Shown here piece after piece: positions 50,253-60,988 of a stretch of 64,000 nucleotides of DNA. This DNA is from Bacteroidota bacterium. GTDB taxonomy: Bacteria; Bacteroidota; Bacteroidia; 2-12-FULL-35-15. Made by a program: the position numbers and the translations under genes. The stretch's first letter is position 1, and every line of letters starts with the position of its first letter. The stretch is taken from NCBI GenBank assembly GCA_005772895.1, contig SXIH01000011.1, forward strand, positions 4,371-68,370, written 5' to 3'. The notes beneath the pieces were generated by a model. It had not been told where the DNA came from. It was given only the letters and a program-made list of their open reading frames with translations, and did no database searches.

Positions 50253-52613
50253 ATGAAAAAACACATTTTTTCTTTCGTTTTACTTGTAACAATTTCCTTA
50301 CAAGGTTTTGCTCAAACGACTAAAATTCCTGCAACTAATACCAAAGAGTATGAAGTAATGAAGGCTGAGGGAAAGATTCCTTCAGGAAGTATGTTTAAAA
50401 GCGCCAGCACAAATTTTACACCTTCTTTTGAAGATTTAAAGCAATTAGGAGTAACTCATAAAATGCCCGCTTCAGGCTGTGGATGCTATATTACCCCGGA
50501 TGGAACATATACAGTTGCAATGGCTCCGAATGACGATTTGAGTACAGGTTTGATTGCAATCCCTTTTAACTTTTGTTTATACGGAACAAATTATACAACC
50601 CTTTATATTAACAATAATGGTAACGTATCTTTTGGTTCGCCTTACGGAACATTCTCTTCATTTCCTTTCCCTGACCCGGGATATATAATGGTAGCACCAT
50701 TTTGGGGTGATGTGGATACTCGCGGAACAGGAGTAGTTTATTATAAAATTACACCAACAGCAATGTATGTGAATTGGGAAGCCGTTGGATATTACAGCAC
50801 AATGACAGACAAAGTAAATAGTTTTCAATTGATTATTACTGATGGATCTGACCCAGTTTTACCAGTGGGAAATAATATTGCTTTCTGTTATGGTGACATG
50901 CAATGGACAACTGGAGCTGCTTCTGGCGGAGTTGGTGGTTTTGGTGGAACTCCTTCTACAGTTGGTGTAAATCAAGGCGCTCCGGGATTAAATTATATTC
51001 AAATCGGACGATTTGATCAACCCGGTGCTGCTTACGATGGCGGTTATGGGGCAAATGATGGTGTTAGCTGGTTAGATAATCAATCTTTTTATTTCAACTC
51101 TTGCTCCGGAAATAACATTCCTCCGATTGTTAGTATCACTCCACCTTTGTTGAGTGGAGGCGGAGCTTGTGATACATTAAAACTTTGCGGAAGCGATGAT
51201 ACATTGGTAGTAAGTGCTTTATTTTTATCTCCTGAAATTGGACAAACAACCAGCATTGTTGTTAATCTTCCTGCAGTTCCCGGATTCTCAGTTTTGAGTA
51301 ATACTCCCGGAAATTCAGCTACAGCAGAAGTGCAAATTATTGCTTCAGCTGCAAACGCGGGATTACAAACAATTCAATTTATTGCAACAGATGATGGTGT
51401 TCCTGCCGGAGTTACTACAGTTAACTTAAACGTTTTTATTGATACAACCGGACTCGCAGCATTCAACCCGCTCATATCCGGAGTGCTCGATTTTTGTGTC
51501 GGTGATAGTACAACTCTGAGCATTGCTCCAACAACATTTGATAATTATATTTGGAGTAATGGTTCAACCGGTTTTTCTATTGTCGCAAATTCAAGCGGAC
51601 AATATTGGTGTACAGCCAGTGAAAATGGATGTTTCAAAACGGTTTTAGTTGATGTGGTTGAACATCCGAATCCTACTCCTGAAATTATTGGAACTTTATT
51701 TACATGTTTTACCAACACTACCGATTTAACTGTTGATTCAACAAGTTTATATGCCAGCTATTTATGGTCAACATCTAGTACAAATGATTCAATCTCTGTG
51801 TTGACAGGAACATTTACTGTTACTGTTACCGATTCGTTTGGATGTGTTGGAACATCTCCTCCAGTTACGGTTATTAATGCAAATCCTGATGTAACTATTA
51901 CAGGTGTTGTTCCATTTTGTCCGGAAGACAGTATAACATTAAATGCAGTACCAACTATACCTGCCGGGGCAAGTTATTTATGGTCGAACTCTGATGCAAC
52001 TTCTTCAACAGTTGTAAATAGCTCCGGGCAAGTTACTGTAACAGTGAGTTATTCAAATGGATGTAATGCATCAGATACGGTCACAATTTCACAGTATGAT
52101 TCACCAATTGCAAATTTTACCAGCAATCCATTAGGAACATCTAATCCGGCTTCGGTTGTAAATTTCACTGACTTATCAACTATTGCTTCTGGAACAATTA
52201 TTAATTGGCTTTGGAACTTTGGTGATTCTTTAGGAATTCAGTCTACATTGCAAAATCCTTCACATATTTACGGAGCGGATGGAACTTATCCTGTAATGCT
52301 TGCTGTTCAAAGTAATAATGGATGTTGGGATACAATTTTCTTTGATTACATTATTGTTTCTGATATTGTTGTTCCAAACGTGTTTTCTCCAAACGGTGAT
52401 TTAGATAATGAATTTTTGGCCTTCAAAAATTTGCATTTCTTCCCTGGAACTTCTTTAACAATTTATAATCGTTGGGGAAATAAACTTTATCAAGATTCCG
52501 ATTATCAAAACAATTGGAAAGGCGATGGACAAAGTGATGGAGTATACTATTTCGTTTTAGAAAATTCGAAATTTGAAAATCCGAAAGCAGGTTTCTTTCA
52601 GATAATCAGATAA
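50253..52613 (+). CDS. secreted Ig/PKD-repeat protein with a T9SS type B sorting domain (gliding-motility-associated CTD)
   Basis: Signal peptide and repeated Ig-like modules. C-terminal VPNVFSPNGDLDNEF...LTIYNRWGNKLYQ... matches the type B CTD. Confidence 0.7.
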   Translation: MKKHIFSFVLLVTISLQGFAQTTKIPATNTKEYEVMKAEGKIPSGSMFKSASTNFTPSFEDLKQLGVTHKMPASGCGCYITPDGTYTVAMAPNDDLSTGLIAIPFNFCLYGTNYTTLYINNNGNVSFGSPYGTFSSFPFPDPGYIMVAPFWGDVDTRGTGVVYYKITPTAMYVNWEAVGYYSTMTDKVNSFQLIITDGSDPVLPVGNNIAFCYGDMQWTTGAASGGVGGFGGTPSTVGVNQGAPGLNYIQIGRFDQPGAAYDGGYGANDGVSWLDNQSFYFNSCSGNNIPPIVSITPPLLSGGGACDTLKLCGSDDTLVVSALFLSPEIGQTTSIVVNLPAVPGFSVLSNTPGNSATAEVQIIASAANAGLQTIQFIATDDGVPAGVTTVNLNVFIDTTGLAAFNPLISGVLDFCVGDSTTLSIAPTTFDNYIWSNGSTGFSIVANSSGQYWCTASENGCFKTVLVDVVEHPNPTPEIIGTLFTCFTNTTDLTVDSTSLYASYLWSTSSTNDSISVLTGTFTVTVTDSFGCVGTSPPVTVINANPDVTITGVVPFCPEDSITLNAVPTIPAGASYLWSNSDATSSTVVNSSGQVTVTVSYSNGCNASDTVTISQYDSPIANFTSNPLGTSNPASVVNFTDLSTIASGTIINWLWNFGDSLGIQSTLQNPSHIYGADGTYPVMLAVQSNNGCWDTIFFDYIIVSDIVVPNVFSPNGDLDNEFLAFKNLHFFPGTSLTIYNRWGNKLYQDSDYQNNWKGDGQSDGVYYFVLENSKFENPKAGFFQIIR

Positions 52614-52721
52614 AAAATAAAAGTCCATAAAAAAATCCTGCTAAGCAATTAGTGGGATTTTTTATTTTGAAAAAAATGAATTATATTTGGTATACTCCTT
52701 CGTTAACTAAAAATTATAAAC

Positions 52722-54167
52722 ATGAAAAAAAATAAATTTACTCTCGGAATTTTATTTTCTTCCTTCTCAATTTTTCTATTACTTTTTTCAGCGAAAGCTC
52801 AAATGGTTGGTCCAAATGCATATATGCAAGGATTTAATGTTGAGCTTGGAATTGATGGTGATGGCGGATTTGAGGGTGCTGATATAACTGTTTCGCCTGT
52901 TCCTGCCGGAATGCATTATAGGTCGGGTAATCCATTTTTTGGATTTACTGCCAATCCACAGTTGAATGCTTGGCTAACCTTTGATGGAGATTTTTTTACA
53001 CCGGGAAGCCCTGAAAATGGCTGGGGTTTTGAAATTGCTGATACTGGTGGTGTGAAGGGAGGAAATAATTGTTCATACCTGCAACAAATTCCCGGATCTA
53101 TTACTTCCTGGACTTATGCCATGGGTCAAACTTTATGCGATTGGGAAGGTAATGCAACTTCAGGGACGAATCTAAATTTTAAAATTAATTATCAGTTGCA
53201 AGACAATGATTTGTTTTATGTAACAACAGTAACAGTTACAAACAATACTGGTTCTACAATTCCCACTTTATACTATTACAGAAATGTTGATTCTGATAAC
53301 AATCAATCAATAAGCGGAGATTTTACTACTCAAAATACAATTATCAGTCAGCCGTGTCTTCCATCTTGTCCTGCTAATGTAAGTTCAACGTCAACAGTTC
53401 CTGCAAGTCAACCAATGTCATATTTTGGTTTTCTGACTGATGCCGATACAAATTGGAGAGCTACTTATGGAGGGTTCACCAATCGGGATGCTTCTGATAT
53501 ATGGAACGGAATGCCTCCTTTTACTCAAATGATTGGCTCAACAAATTTTGCTGACGAAGCAATATCGATTGCTTACAAAATACAAAACTTAGCTTCAGGA
53601 GATTCGGCATCATTTAAATTTTGTACCGTTTTTGATGATGATGAGGTGGATTGCGCAACTGCTGCACTCACTGTATCACAATCTCCGTTGTCAAGTGTTA
53701 TGGTAACAACTCCGGCATTTACACTTACAGGTGGAAGTCCTGCCGGAGGAACATACAGTGGAACATGAGTTACTGGTGGAAATACTTTTGACCCAAGTGT
53801 TTCCGGTGCGGGTGATTTTATCATTTCATATACTTATACAGATACTAATTCTTGTGTTTCTGTTGCAAACACATCTATTCACGTAGCAATGGTTACAGGA
53901 ATCAATAATGAATCAACTAACTCTTCAATCTCCATCTTTCCAAATCCGTTTTCAGAATTTACAACAATTCAAATCGGGAAAGATATAAAACTTGCCAATG
54001 CAGAAATGCATATTTACGATATGCTAGGTAAGGAAGTTAAATTAATTTCAAAAATTAATTCTAACGAAATTAAAATCGATAGCAAAGGCTTATCAGAAGG
54101 AATGTATTTGTATAAATTCATTAATGACGGTGAAACAATTGCATCCGGAAAATTATTTATAAAATAG
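52722..54167 (+). pseudogene. T9SS type A cargo gene interrupted by a single in-frame TGA at 53766-53768
   Basis: ORF 52722..53768 carries the signal peptide and N-terminal domain. ORF 53889..54167 carries the T9SS type A CTD. Both are in the same frame, and the codons between them read through as ...GGTYSGT*VTGGNTFDPSVSGAGDFIISYTYTDTNSC... apart from the one stop. Confidence 0.55.
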
Positions 54168-54328
54168 AATTTAATTTTTTTTTAGAAAGAGCGAAAATTG
54201 ATGGAAATCAATTTTCGCTCTTTCTTTTTTAGTTTCCTGTTGATTGGCGACTGCCAATTGTTCATTCCTTTCTTTTGACTTTCCTTGTAAAATGTAGTAT
54301 CTTTACAGTATTAATAGTTCTTTTAAAT

Positions 54329-54691
54329 GGGGTCGTATGGTTTTGACAGCGTTGCGATTTTTATGTAAGCATGTCGTGTGTTGTGAATATGGCACGTAAA
54401 TCCTAATTCTCAAAATTCTATCTGGCGAGTCTAACTTGTCTATGGCTGCTTAATACCAAGTATTAAGTGCCGTTGTTTCCGGAGAAGCTCTGATCTTCTG
54501 CGTCTCCTGTGAAGCATTACAAATGAAGAAATAGTTGCGTAGAGCTTTGATACGTGATGAGATAAAAAAGCTAAGTATGTTTTGTGGCCTGCAGGTTTGC
54601 CTGAAACATATCTAAAATCAAATATCTGATAAACATGTAGAAAACTTATTAATACGATGTTTGGACGAGAGTTCGAATCTCTCCGGCTCCA
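54329..54691 (+). ncRNA. ssrA: tmRNA (ssrA)
   Basis: The 5' GGGGTCG pairs with the 3' CGGCTCC, giving a G3:U70 wobble (the alanine identity element). The 3' end has T-arm GGACGAGAGTTCGAATCTCTCC and discriminator A. The internal frame GGC GAG TCT AAC TTG TCT ATG GCT GCT TAA (54424-54453) encodes the tag GESNLSMAA*. Compare (recalled from memory, not checked) Flavobacterium GENNYALAA and Cytophaga GEESYAMAA. Confidence 0.8.
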
Positions 54692-54703
54692 CTATTTAGA
54701 CCA

Positions 54704-54739
54704 AAAGTATCCTGCTTTTTAGCAGGATACTTTTTTTAT
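54704..54739 (+). terminator. intrinsic terminator downstream of tmRNA
   Basis: Stem AAAGTATCCTGC / GCAGGATACTTT with a TTTTT loop, followed by a T7 run. Confidence 0.65.
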
Positions 54740-54896
54740 GTTCAGATGCAAATTCGAGCTTGCTTGAAATTTGACAGCTGGACATAAAAAAAGAAACCCT
54801 GAAAGGGTTTGCTTTTGATATTCCGACTCTGGAAAGGATAGATCTTTCCGAAGGGAAAATCTCTAGGATGTTTAATAATGCTATCATCTATACCGA

Positions 54897-57518
54897 ATGC
54901 TCAAACATCATTTAAATTCTGTTTTATTTTTTATATGTGCTATTCTTCTTGCATACAGTAACTCGTCTGCTCAAAAACTCCCCTCAAATTTTTCCGGATT
55001 TGTAGAAAATAAAGGTCAGATCATTGACCAGAATAATAATCAAAATAAAGATGTGCTTTTTTTATTTTCTGGTAAAGGAATAAAAATTCAACTTAGAAAG
55101 ACAGGATATTCATATGAACTTTTTTCCCTAGATGGTGCACCAATAAACCTAAATTCAAAGCTTCAAAACCCTTATGATTTATTAAGAACGAAAATTAATA
55201 TTAATCGTTTAGATATTGATTTTGTTGGAATGAATGAAGCAACTGAAGTTGTTTCTGAAATTAAGAACGAGGATTGTTTCAATTATTTTATTTCAGGACA
55301 AGAAATAACGAATGTAAATTCATTTAATAAAATCACTTATAAAAATGTGTTTCCTAAGACAGATATTGAATTCATTATAAATCAACAAAACGATTCTCCT
55401 TTTAAATACAATATTGTTTTAAACCCCGGAGCTGATATAGAAAATGTAAAATTTCTTGTTAAGGGAGCGTCTGCAATTATAATAGAAAATGGGGACATTG
55501 CTCTTTTAACTCCAGCCGGAATTATCAATGAAACAATACCACATAGCTATTATTCAATCTCTCCAGATAAAAATGAAGTGGTGAATTTTGTTGTAAAAAA
55601 TAATTTAGTTTCATTTTCTGCAAAATATAATAAGTCAGAAAAATTTGTAATCGATCCATCAACAAATCGTATCTGGGGAACATATTACGGAGGTCCTAGT
55701 TTGGATTATTGTACCGCAACAGATATAGATAATCAAAATAATGTTTACATAACAGGTTACACTTTGAGTGCAACTAATATTGCTACTTCAGGTGTTTATC
55801 AATCAACCATAGGAGGTAGTTTTGATATTTATCTAGCAAAATTCAATTCAAGTGGCGCACGCATTTGGGCTACCTACTTTGGAAGTTCAAGTGTTGAAGC
55901 AGCTTATGCAATGTGTGTAAGCGCGACAGGCAATATTTATTTATGTGGTGATACTTTCAGTACTTCAGGTGTTGCAACAGTTGGAGCGCATCAAACTGTT
56001 TATGGTGGAGGGGTGGATGATGCTCTTTTAGTGAAATTCGATTCAACTGGTCAGTTATCGTGGGCAACTTATTGTGGCGGATTATTCCATGATATTGCCT
56101 CAGGAGTTGTAGAAGACAAAGATGGAAATGTAATTATAACAGGTCACTCTGAAAGTGCTACGGGAATTGCTACTATTGGATCATATAATAATTCCTATGC
56201 AGGTGGTTACGATGTGTTTGTAGTAAAATTTGATAGCACTGGTGTTCGGCAATGGGGAACTTATTACGGAGATTTTGATATTGATGAAGCATATGCAATT
56301 GATTGTGATATATCAAATAATATTTATGTGGGAGGATTCACAACAAGTTCGAGCAGTATTGCAACAGCTTCAGGGCACCAGACTGGCTATAGCAGTCAGC
56401 AAGATGGTTTTGTTGCAAAATTTAATCCTTCCGGAACAACTTTGATGTATGGAACTTATTATGGTGGATTAGGGAATGATCAAGTGACTTCTTTAAAGCT
56501 AGATCCGGGTGGGAATATTTTTATTGTTGGTAATACTACAAGCAATACAAATATTGCCAGCGCAGGTGCATATCAATCAACTATTGGTAGTGCCGATGAT
56601 GGATTTGTTGCTCGTTTCAATTCTCTTGGTGTTCGTCAATGGGGAACATATTTTGGTGGTAATGATGTAGATTACATTGCCGATTTGGTTTTTGATACAA
56701 ATGAAAATCTTCTTTTTTGTGGTTCAACATTAAGTACAAATATTATCAGTACAAATGATGCATATCAATCAAATCTTGCAGTAATAAATTTGTATGATTC
56801 CTATTTTGAAAGATTTGATAAAAGTGGAATCCGTGAACACGGAACTTATTTTGGCGGTTCTTCTAATGACCATGGTAGAGGCATTACTATGGATGACTTA
56901 GGTAAAGTTTATATCGCAGGCGAAACTTCTAGTGTTGACAGCATAGCAAGTGCCGGAGCTTTTAATACGGTTTGGGCTGGTGGAGATGATGCATTTCTTG
57001 CAAAATTTTGTATCGCTCCGGAACCAACTATTTTTCCTTCGGGAACAATAACAATTTGTTATGGAGATACATTGTGGCTGAGTACTCAAGCCGGATTCGC
57101 TTCTTATTTTTGGAATGATAGCACTTCAATAAATCCTTTGATAACAAATGATTCTTCAGTAACTGGAACGTATTATTATTTTGTAACAGTTACTGATGGA
57201 ACAGGCTGTGACGCAACGACTGATTCCTCAGTAGTTATAGTTGATTTGTGTGCAGGTTTAAATGAAAATATAGAGAACGAATCTCTTCGGTTATTCCCCG
57301 TGCCTTCTTCAGATGTTTTATTTTGCAATTTTAATTATTCTCACAAAAAAGAAAATATTCAAATAGAAATTTATTCTTCTAAAGGTGAACTAGTTTATAA
57401 GAATACAACTTTTGAAAGTGATAATTATATAGACATAAAAAAACTCTCACAAGGAATATACATACTACAAGTGAGAGTTGATGAAAAAATATTTCAGAAA
57501 AAATTTATTAAGAAGTAA
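54897..57518 (+). CDS. secreted beta-propeller (SBBP-repeat) protein with a T9SS type A sorting domain
   Basis: Signal peptide. Repeated ~55-aa units (WGTYYGG...D.A.AI..D..GNIY..G.T.S...IAT.GAYQ). C-terminal CTD LRLFPVPSSDVLF...IEIYSSKGELVY...LSQGIYILQVRVDEK. Confidence 0.7.
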   Translation: MLKHHLNSVLFFICAILLAYSNSSAQKLPSNFSGFVENKGQIIDQNNNQNKDVLFLFSGKGIKIQLRKTGYSYELFSLDGAPINLNSKLQNPYDLLRTKININRLDIDFVGMNEATEVVSEIKNEDCFNYFISGQEITNVNSFNKITYKNVFPKTDIEFIINQQNDSPFKYNIVLNPGADIENVKFLVKGASAIIIENGDIALLTPAGIINETIPHSYYSISPDKNEVVNFVVKNNLVSFSAKYNKSEKFVIDPSTNRIWGTYYGGPSLDYCTATDIDNQNNVYITGYTLSATNIATSGVYQSTIGGSFDIYLAKFNSSGARIWATYFGSSSVEAAYAMCVSATGNIYLCGDTFSTSGVATVGAHQTVYGGGVDDALLVKFDSTGQLSWATYCGGLFHDIASGVVEDKDGNVIITGHSESATGIATIGSYNNSYAGGYDVFVVKFDSTGVRQWGTYYGDFDIDEAYAIDCDISNNIYVGGFTTSSSSIATASGHQTGYSSQQDGFVAKFNPSGTTLMYGTYYGGLGNDQVTSLKLDPGGNIFIVGNTTSNTNIASAGAYQSTIGSADDGFVARFNSLGVRQWGTYFGGNDVDYIADLVFDTNENLLFCGSTLSTNIISTNDAYQSNLAVINLYDSYFERFDKSGIREHGTYFGGSSNDHGRGITMDDLGKVYIAGETSSVDSIASAGAFNTVWAGGDDAFLAKFCIAPEPTIFPSGTITICYGDTLWLSTQAGFASYFWNDSTSINPLITNDSSVTGTYYYFVTVTDGTGCDATTDSSVVIVDLCAGLNENIENESLRLFPVPSSDVLFCNFNYSHKKENIQIEIYSSKGELVYKNTTFESDNYIDIKKLSQGIYILQVRVDEKIFQKKFIKK

Positions 57519-60500
57519 CTACTTAACTATTGTTACCGTTCCAATATATTTATGTTTCTTATCGTTGGTGTCAGTAATCTTTACAGTATACACATAAACA
57601 TCCTCTTGTGCCATTTCTTTTCCATGGTTTGCTTTTCCATCCCAATGTTTATTAATATCATCAGCAAAGAAAATTAAATTGCCCCACCTGTCATAAATAA
57701 ACATTTCAAACTTTTTGATATAATCTCCCTTTCCAAAAAACTCATCATTCACTCCATCATCATTTGGAGTAAAAGCATTTGGAATAAAGAAAGTAAATTC
57801 AGGTTCAATTTCTATACATAATAAAGTAGCATCGATACAACCAAAATTACTAGTTACAGTTAATGAAGCACAATAAGTTCCGTCTTCTGTAAAAACATGT
57901 GTCGGGTTTTGTAAAGTACTTGTATTGTCAGCGGAAGAAGCATACCCATCTCCGAAATTCCAAGCCCATGAAACAATACTTCCACCTGAAATAGTAGAAT
58001 TATCAGTATAAGTAACAACAGGATTAATTATGCTAGTAGATAAAGGTGCAGTGAAATCAGCAACAGGATTAGGGTGCGCTGTAACATAAGCTGGGTAAGT
58101 TACACTTGATGTACAGCCACCAACTGATGAACTAACTGCCAAGCTTACACTATAAGTGCCTGGAATATTATAGCAATTAGTCGGTGCTAATGAAGTAGAA
58201 GTATTTCCATCTCCAAAATCCCAAGCCCAAGTTGAAATTGATCCACCTGCAACTGTAGAATTATCAGTAAAATTTACACATAGTGGAGCACATCCACTTG
58301 TAATGGGAGCGCTAAATGCAACAACCGGCATAGGTGAAACAGTAACTGTAACAGTTGCTGTAGCTGTTGGAGAACATCCATCATCGGCAGTTACAGTGTA
58401 AGTAGTAGTGCTTGTTGGTGAAACAGTAACAGGTGTTCCAAATCCTGTTCCGGCTGGAGCCCAAGTGTAAGTGTAGGGACCACCATTACCCATTGAAGCA
58501 ATTGCTGATATTGAAGTAGAACCACCTAAACAAATGGAAGCAGTTCCATTTGCAATTACCGAAAGTGCGGGATTAACGGTTATAGTAACAGAAACTGGAG
58601 CTGCTGCACATCCGTTCACATCTGTTGCATTTACAGTGTAAACAGTAGTTGCAGCAGGTGTTGCTGTTGGATTAGCAATATTTGTAAAATCTAAGCCGGT
58701 TGCAGGTGACCATGAATAGGAATAAGCACCACCATTTCCACCGGATGCTGAAGCGGTAATCATTGTGCTTGCAGCTGAACATATTGTTACAGGAGCAATT
58801 GGTGCAATTACAACTAAACTAGGCTCTGTGATTGTAGCTGTTACTGTTGCTGTACATGAGTTAGCATCAGTAATAGTACATGTATAAGTTCCGGCACATA
58901 ATCCATTTGCTGTTGATGTAGTTTGAACTGGAACAGTATTCCAAGAATAAGAATATCCACTTCCAACTGTGCCGCCATTGCCCGTAGCTGTGGCATTTCC
59001 ATCACAAAGTCCATTACAGCTTGCAGCTGTAACAACCGATGTGGCAGTAAGTAAAGTAGGTTCAACAATAGAAGTATCACTTGTGGCAGTACATCCCCAT
59101 GCATCAGTTACAGTAACTGAATATGATCCCGGACATAATGAAGTACAAGAAGCACCTGTACATCCCGATGACCATAGATAAGTATATCCGGAAACTCCAC
59201 CGCTAGGAATAACAATAGTTTGCCCGTTACAAGCACCGTTACAAGTGACATCAATTCCTGCAATAGCTACAGTGATTTCTGTGTCAGCATAAATTGTGAC
59301 AGTGGAAGTTCCACTACAACCACTTGCATCAGTAAGTGTAACGGAATAAGTTGTAGTACTTGTAGGAGTAGCTATTGGATTAGCAGTAGAAGCGCCTGTT
59401 AATGTTGCAACGGGTGTCCAATCATAAATATATCCTGCACCATTAGGTGTAACGTTTAAAATTGTGCTTCCGCCAAAACAAATAGTATCATTTAATCCAG
59501 CATTTACAGCCAGCGAAGGAATAACAGTAACAGTAGCAACTGCTGTCCCGGTACAACCACCATTCGTTGCAGTAACCGTATACGAAGTTGTAACGGCAGG
59601 TGTAACACTTAATGGATTTGCAGTTGATCCTGTATCCCATGAATAAGATGTTCCTCCTGTTGCTGTTAATACAGCAGTTTGGCCTGCACAAATAGTTGGA
59701 GAGTTAACAGTTGGTGAAGCCGAACCGCCAATTGTAACTGTAGCAACAGCTGATGAAGTACAACCTGAAGTTGTTCCTGTCACCGTGTAAGATGTAGTAA
59801 CTGTTGGACTAACCATTAAAGGATTAGCCGTAGAACCAGTATCCCATAAATAACTAGCTGCCCCTGATGCAGTAAGTGTAGCTGTTTGCCCGGGACACAT
59901 TGTAACGGAGTTTACAGTAGTAACAGGTGCTGCATTCACAGTTACGCAAACCACATTGGAAGTCGCAGAACTACAGCCGGTAACTACAGCTTGAAAACAA
60001 GTATTGCTGGTTATTCCTGATGTAACAAATGGAGTAGTAGTTGCCCCGGGTATATTTGTCCATGGCCCTCCTGAAACAGGCGCAGATTGCCACTGAATAG
60101 TTCCTGTATAACCAGCTAAAGATAAAGTGACGGGAGTTCCTGAACAGACGGATCCAGGACTCACACTTGCAGTACCTGGAACGGGTGCCGTTGTGGTGGT
60201 AATTGTAATCGAACTTGTTGCACTCCAGCATCCAAGTGGTCCACCTGTTACAGTACATGTGTATGTAGTCGTTGTTGTAGGTGATGCAATAGGATTTGCA
60301 ATTGTGGGATTACTTAAACTTGCAGCCGGAGTCCATGAATAAGTAGGAGGATAAGGACCACAAGCACTTGTAATTGTTGCATTTAATTGAGAAGTAGCAG
60401 GAACACAAATTACACTTGGAGTAGCCGTTAAACTCAATGTAGGCATAGTAAAGGTTCCAGGTGTTGTAAAAGTATAAGTCGCAGTCCAACCACTATATGT

Positions 60501-60857
60501 AGAAGGAGGATAAACCTCACGTGCTCTGAACATGTATGTAGTCCCTGGACATAATGAAGCAATGCTTATTGTTTGTGTTGGATATGGAAAAGGAGTTGAG
60601 GTTTTTGCAATTGTAGCTGTATTGTAAAATGCAGGAGTTCCTGTTCCAGTAAATGAACCTGGACTGCAAGCAAACTCTACCTGAACATAATAACTGCAAT
60701 TATAAATGGTATTGCTCGACCAATTCAGAATTAAATTGCTGCCGGAAATACTTTGACTTGTTAAAGTAGGTACATTTAAAGGCGAGCATGCCTTTGAAAC
60801 TTGAAAAGCAAAGAAATAAAAAATGACTAAAAAAGAGAGTTTAAGAGATTTTGCCAT
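57519..60857 (-). CDS. giant Ig-like-repeat adhesin with a T9SS type B sorting domain
   Basis: 1112 aa: signal peptide, many Thr/Ser-rich Ig-like repeats. C-terminus FFIPNAFTPNDDGVNDEF...FEMFIYDRWGNLIF... is the type B CTD. Confidence 0.7.
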   Translation of the reverse strand: MAKSLKLSFLVIFYFFAFQVSKACSPLNVPTLTSQSISGSNLILNWSSNTIYNCSYYVQVEFACSPGSFTGTGTPAFYNTATIAKTSTPFPYPTQTISIASLCPGTTYMFRAREVYPPSTYSGWTATYTFTTPGTFTMPTLSLTATPSVICVPATSQLNATITSACGPYPPTYSWTPAASLSNPTIANPIASPTTTTTYTCTVTGGPLGCWSATSSITITTTTAPVPGTASVSPGSVCSGTPVTLSLAGYTGTIQWQSAPVSGGPWTNIPGATTTPFVTSGITSNTCFQAVVTGCSSATSNVVCVTVNAAPVTTVNSVTMCPGQTATLTASGAASYLWDTGSTANPLMVSPTVTTSYTVTGTTSGCTSSAVATVTIGGSASPTVNSPTICAGQTAVLTATGGTSYSWDTGSTANPLSVTPAVTTSYTVTATNGGCTGTAVATVTVIPSLAVNAGLNDTICFGGSTILNVTPNGAGYIYDWTPVATLTGASTANPIATPTSTTTYSVTLTDASGCSGTSTVTIYADTEITVAIAGIDVTCNGACNGQTIVIPSGGVSGYTYLWSSGCTGASCTSLCPGSYSVTVTDAWGCTATSDTSIVEPTLLTATSVVTAASCNGLCDGNATATGNGGTVGSGYSYSWNTVPVQTTSTANGLCAGTYTCTITDANSCTATVTATITEPSLVVIAPIAPVTICSAASTMITASASGGNGGAYSYSWSPATGLDFTNIANPTATPAATTVYTVNATDVNGCAAAPVSVTITVNPALSVIANGTASICLGGSTSISAIASMGNGGPYTYTWAPAGTGFGTPVTVSPTSTTTYTVTADDGCSPTATATVTVTVSPMPVVAFSAPITSGCAPLCVNFTDNSTVAGGSISTWAWDFGDGNTSTSLAPTNCYNIPGTYSVSLAVSSSVGGCTSSVTYPAYVTAHPNPVADFTAPLSTSIINPVVTYTDNSTISGGSIVSWAWNFGDGYASSADNTSTLQNPTHVFTEDGTYCASLTVTSNFGCIDATLLCIEIEPEFTFFIPNAFTPNDDGVNDEFFGKGDYIKKFEMFIYDRWGNLIFFADDINKHWDGKANHGKEMAQEDVYVYTVKITDTNDKKHKYIGTVTIVK

Positions 60858-60988
60858 GCTTACCTAGTTTGTCTTTATTTAGATGCTAAATCAGACCAAA
60901 AGGTTGCACATAAATTAAATCTACGATATTATACTTAAACAATTCATAAATTTTCGTAGAAAACGATTGCTTTTCTCCAAAAAAGATA

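Noticed and set aside
53766-53768. Possibility that TGA encodes glycine (genetic code 25), making the split T9SS gene intact
   Set aside because: Several confidently identified genes in the window terminate at TGA, for example the Wzz-like gene at 26686. The overall gene structure fits code 11, so TGA is a stop here.
54696-54887. 63-aa minus-strand ORF immediately after ssrA
   Set aside because: It overlaps the tmRNA terminator hairpin and the promoter region of the next gene. It has no RBS-like context, so it is likely non-coding.
58841-60342. Multiple 60-95-aa ORFs (58841..59104, 58969..59181, 59220..59402, 59464..59646, 59488..59691, 59971..60258, 60127..60342)
   Set aside because: All are embedded in or antisense to the 1112-aa repeat adhesin gene (57519..60857). 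Their low-complexity Thr/Val/Cys-rich composition is an artefact of the repeats.
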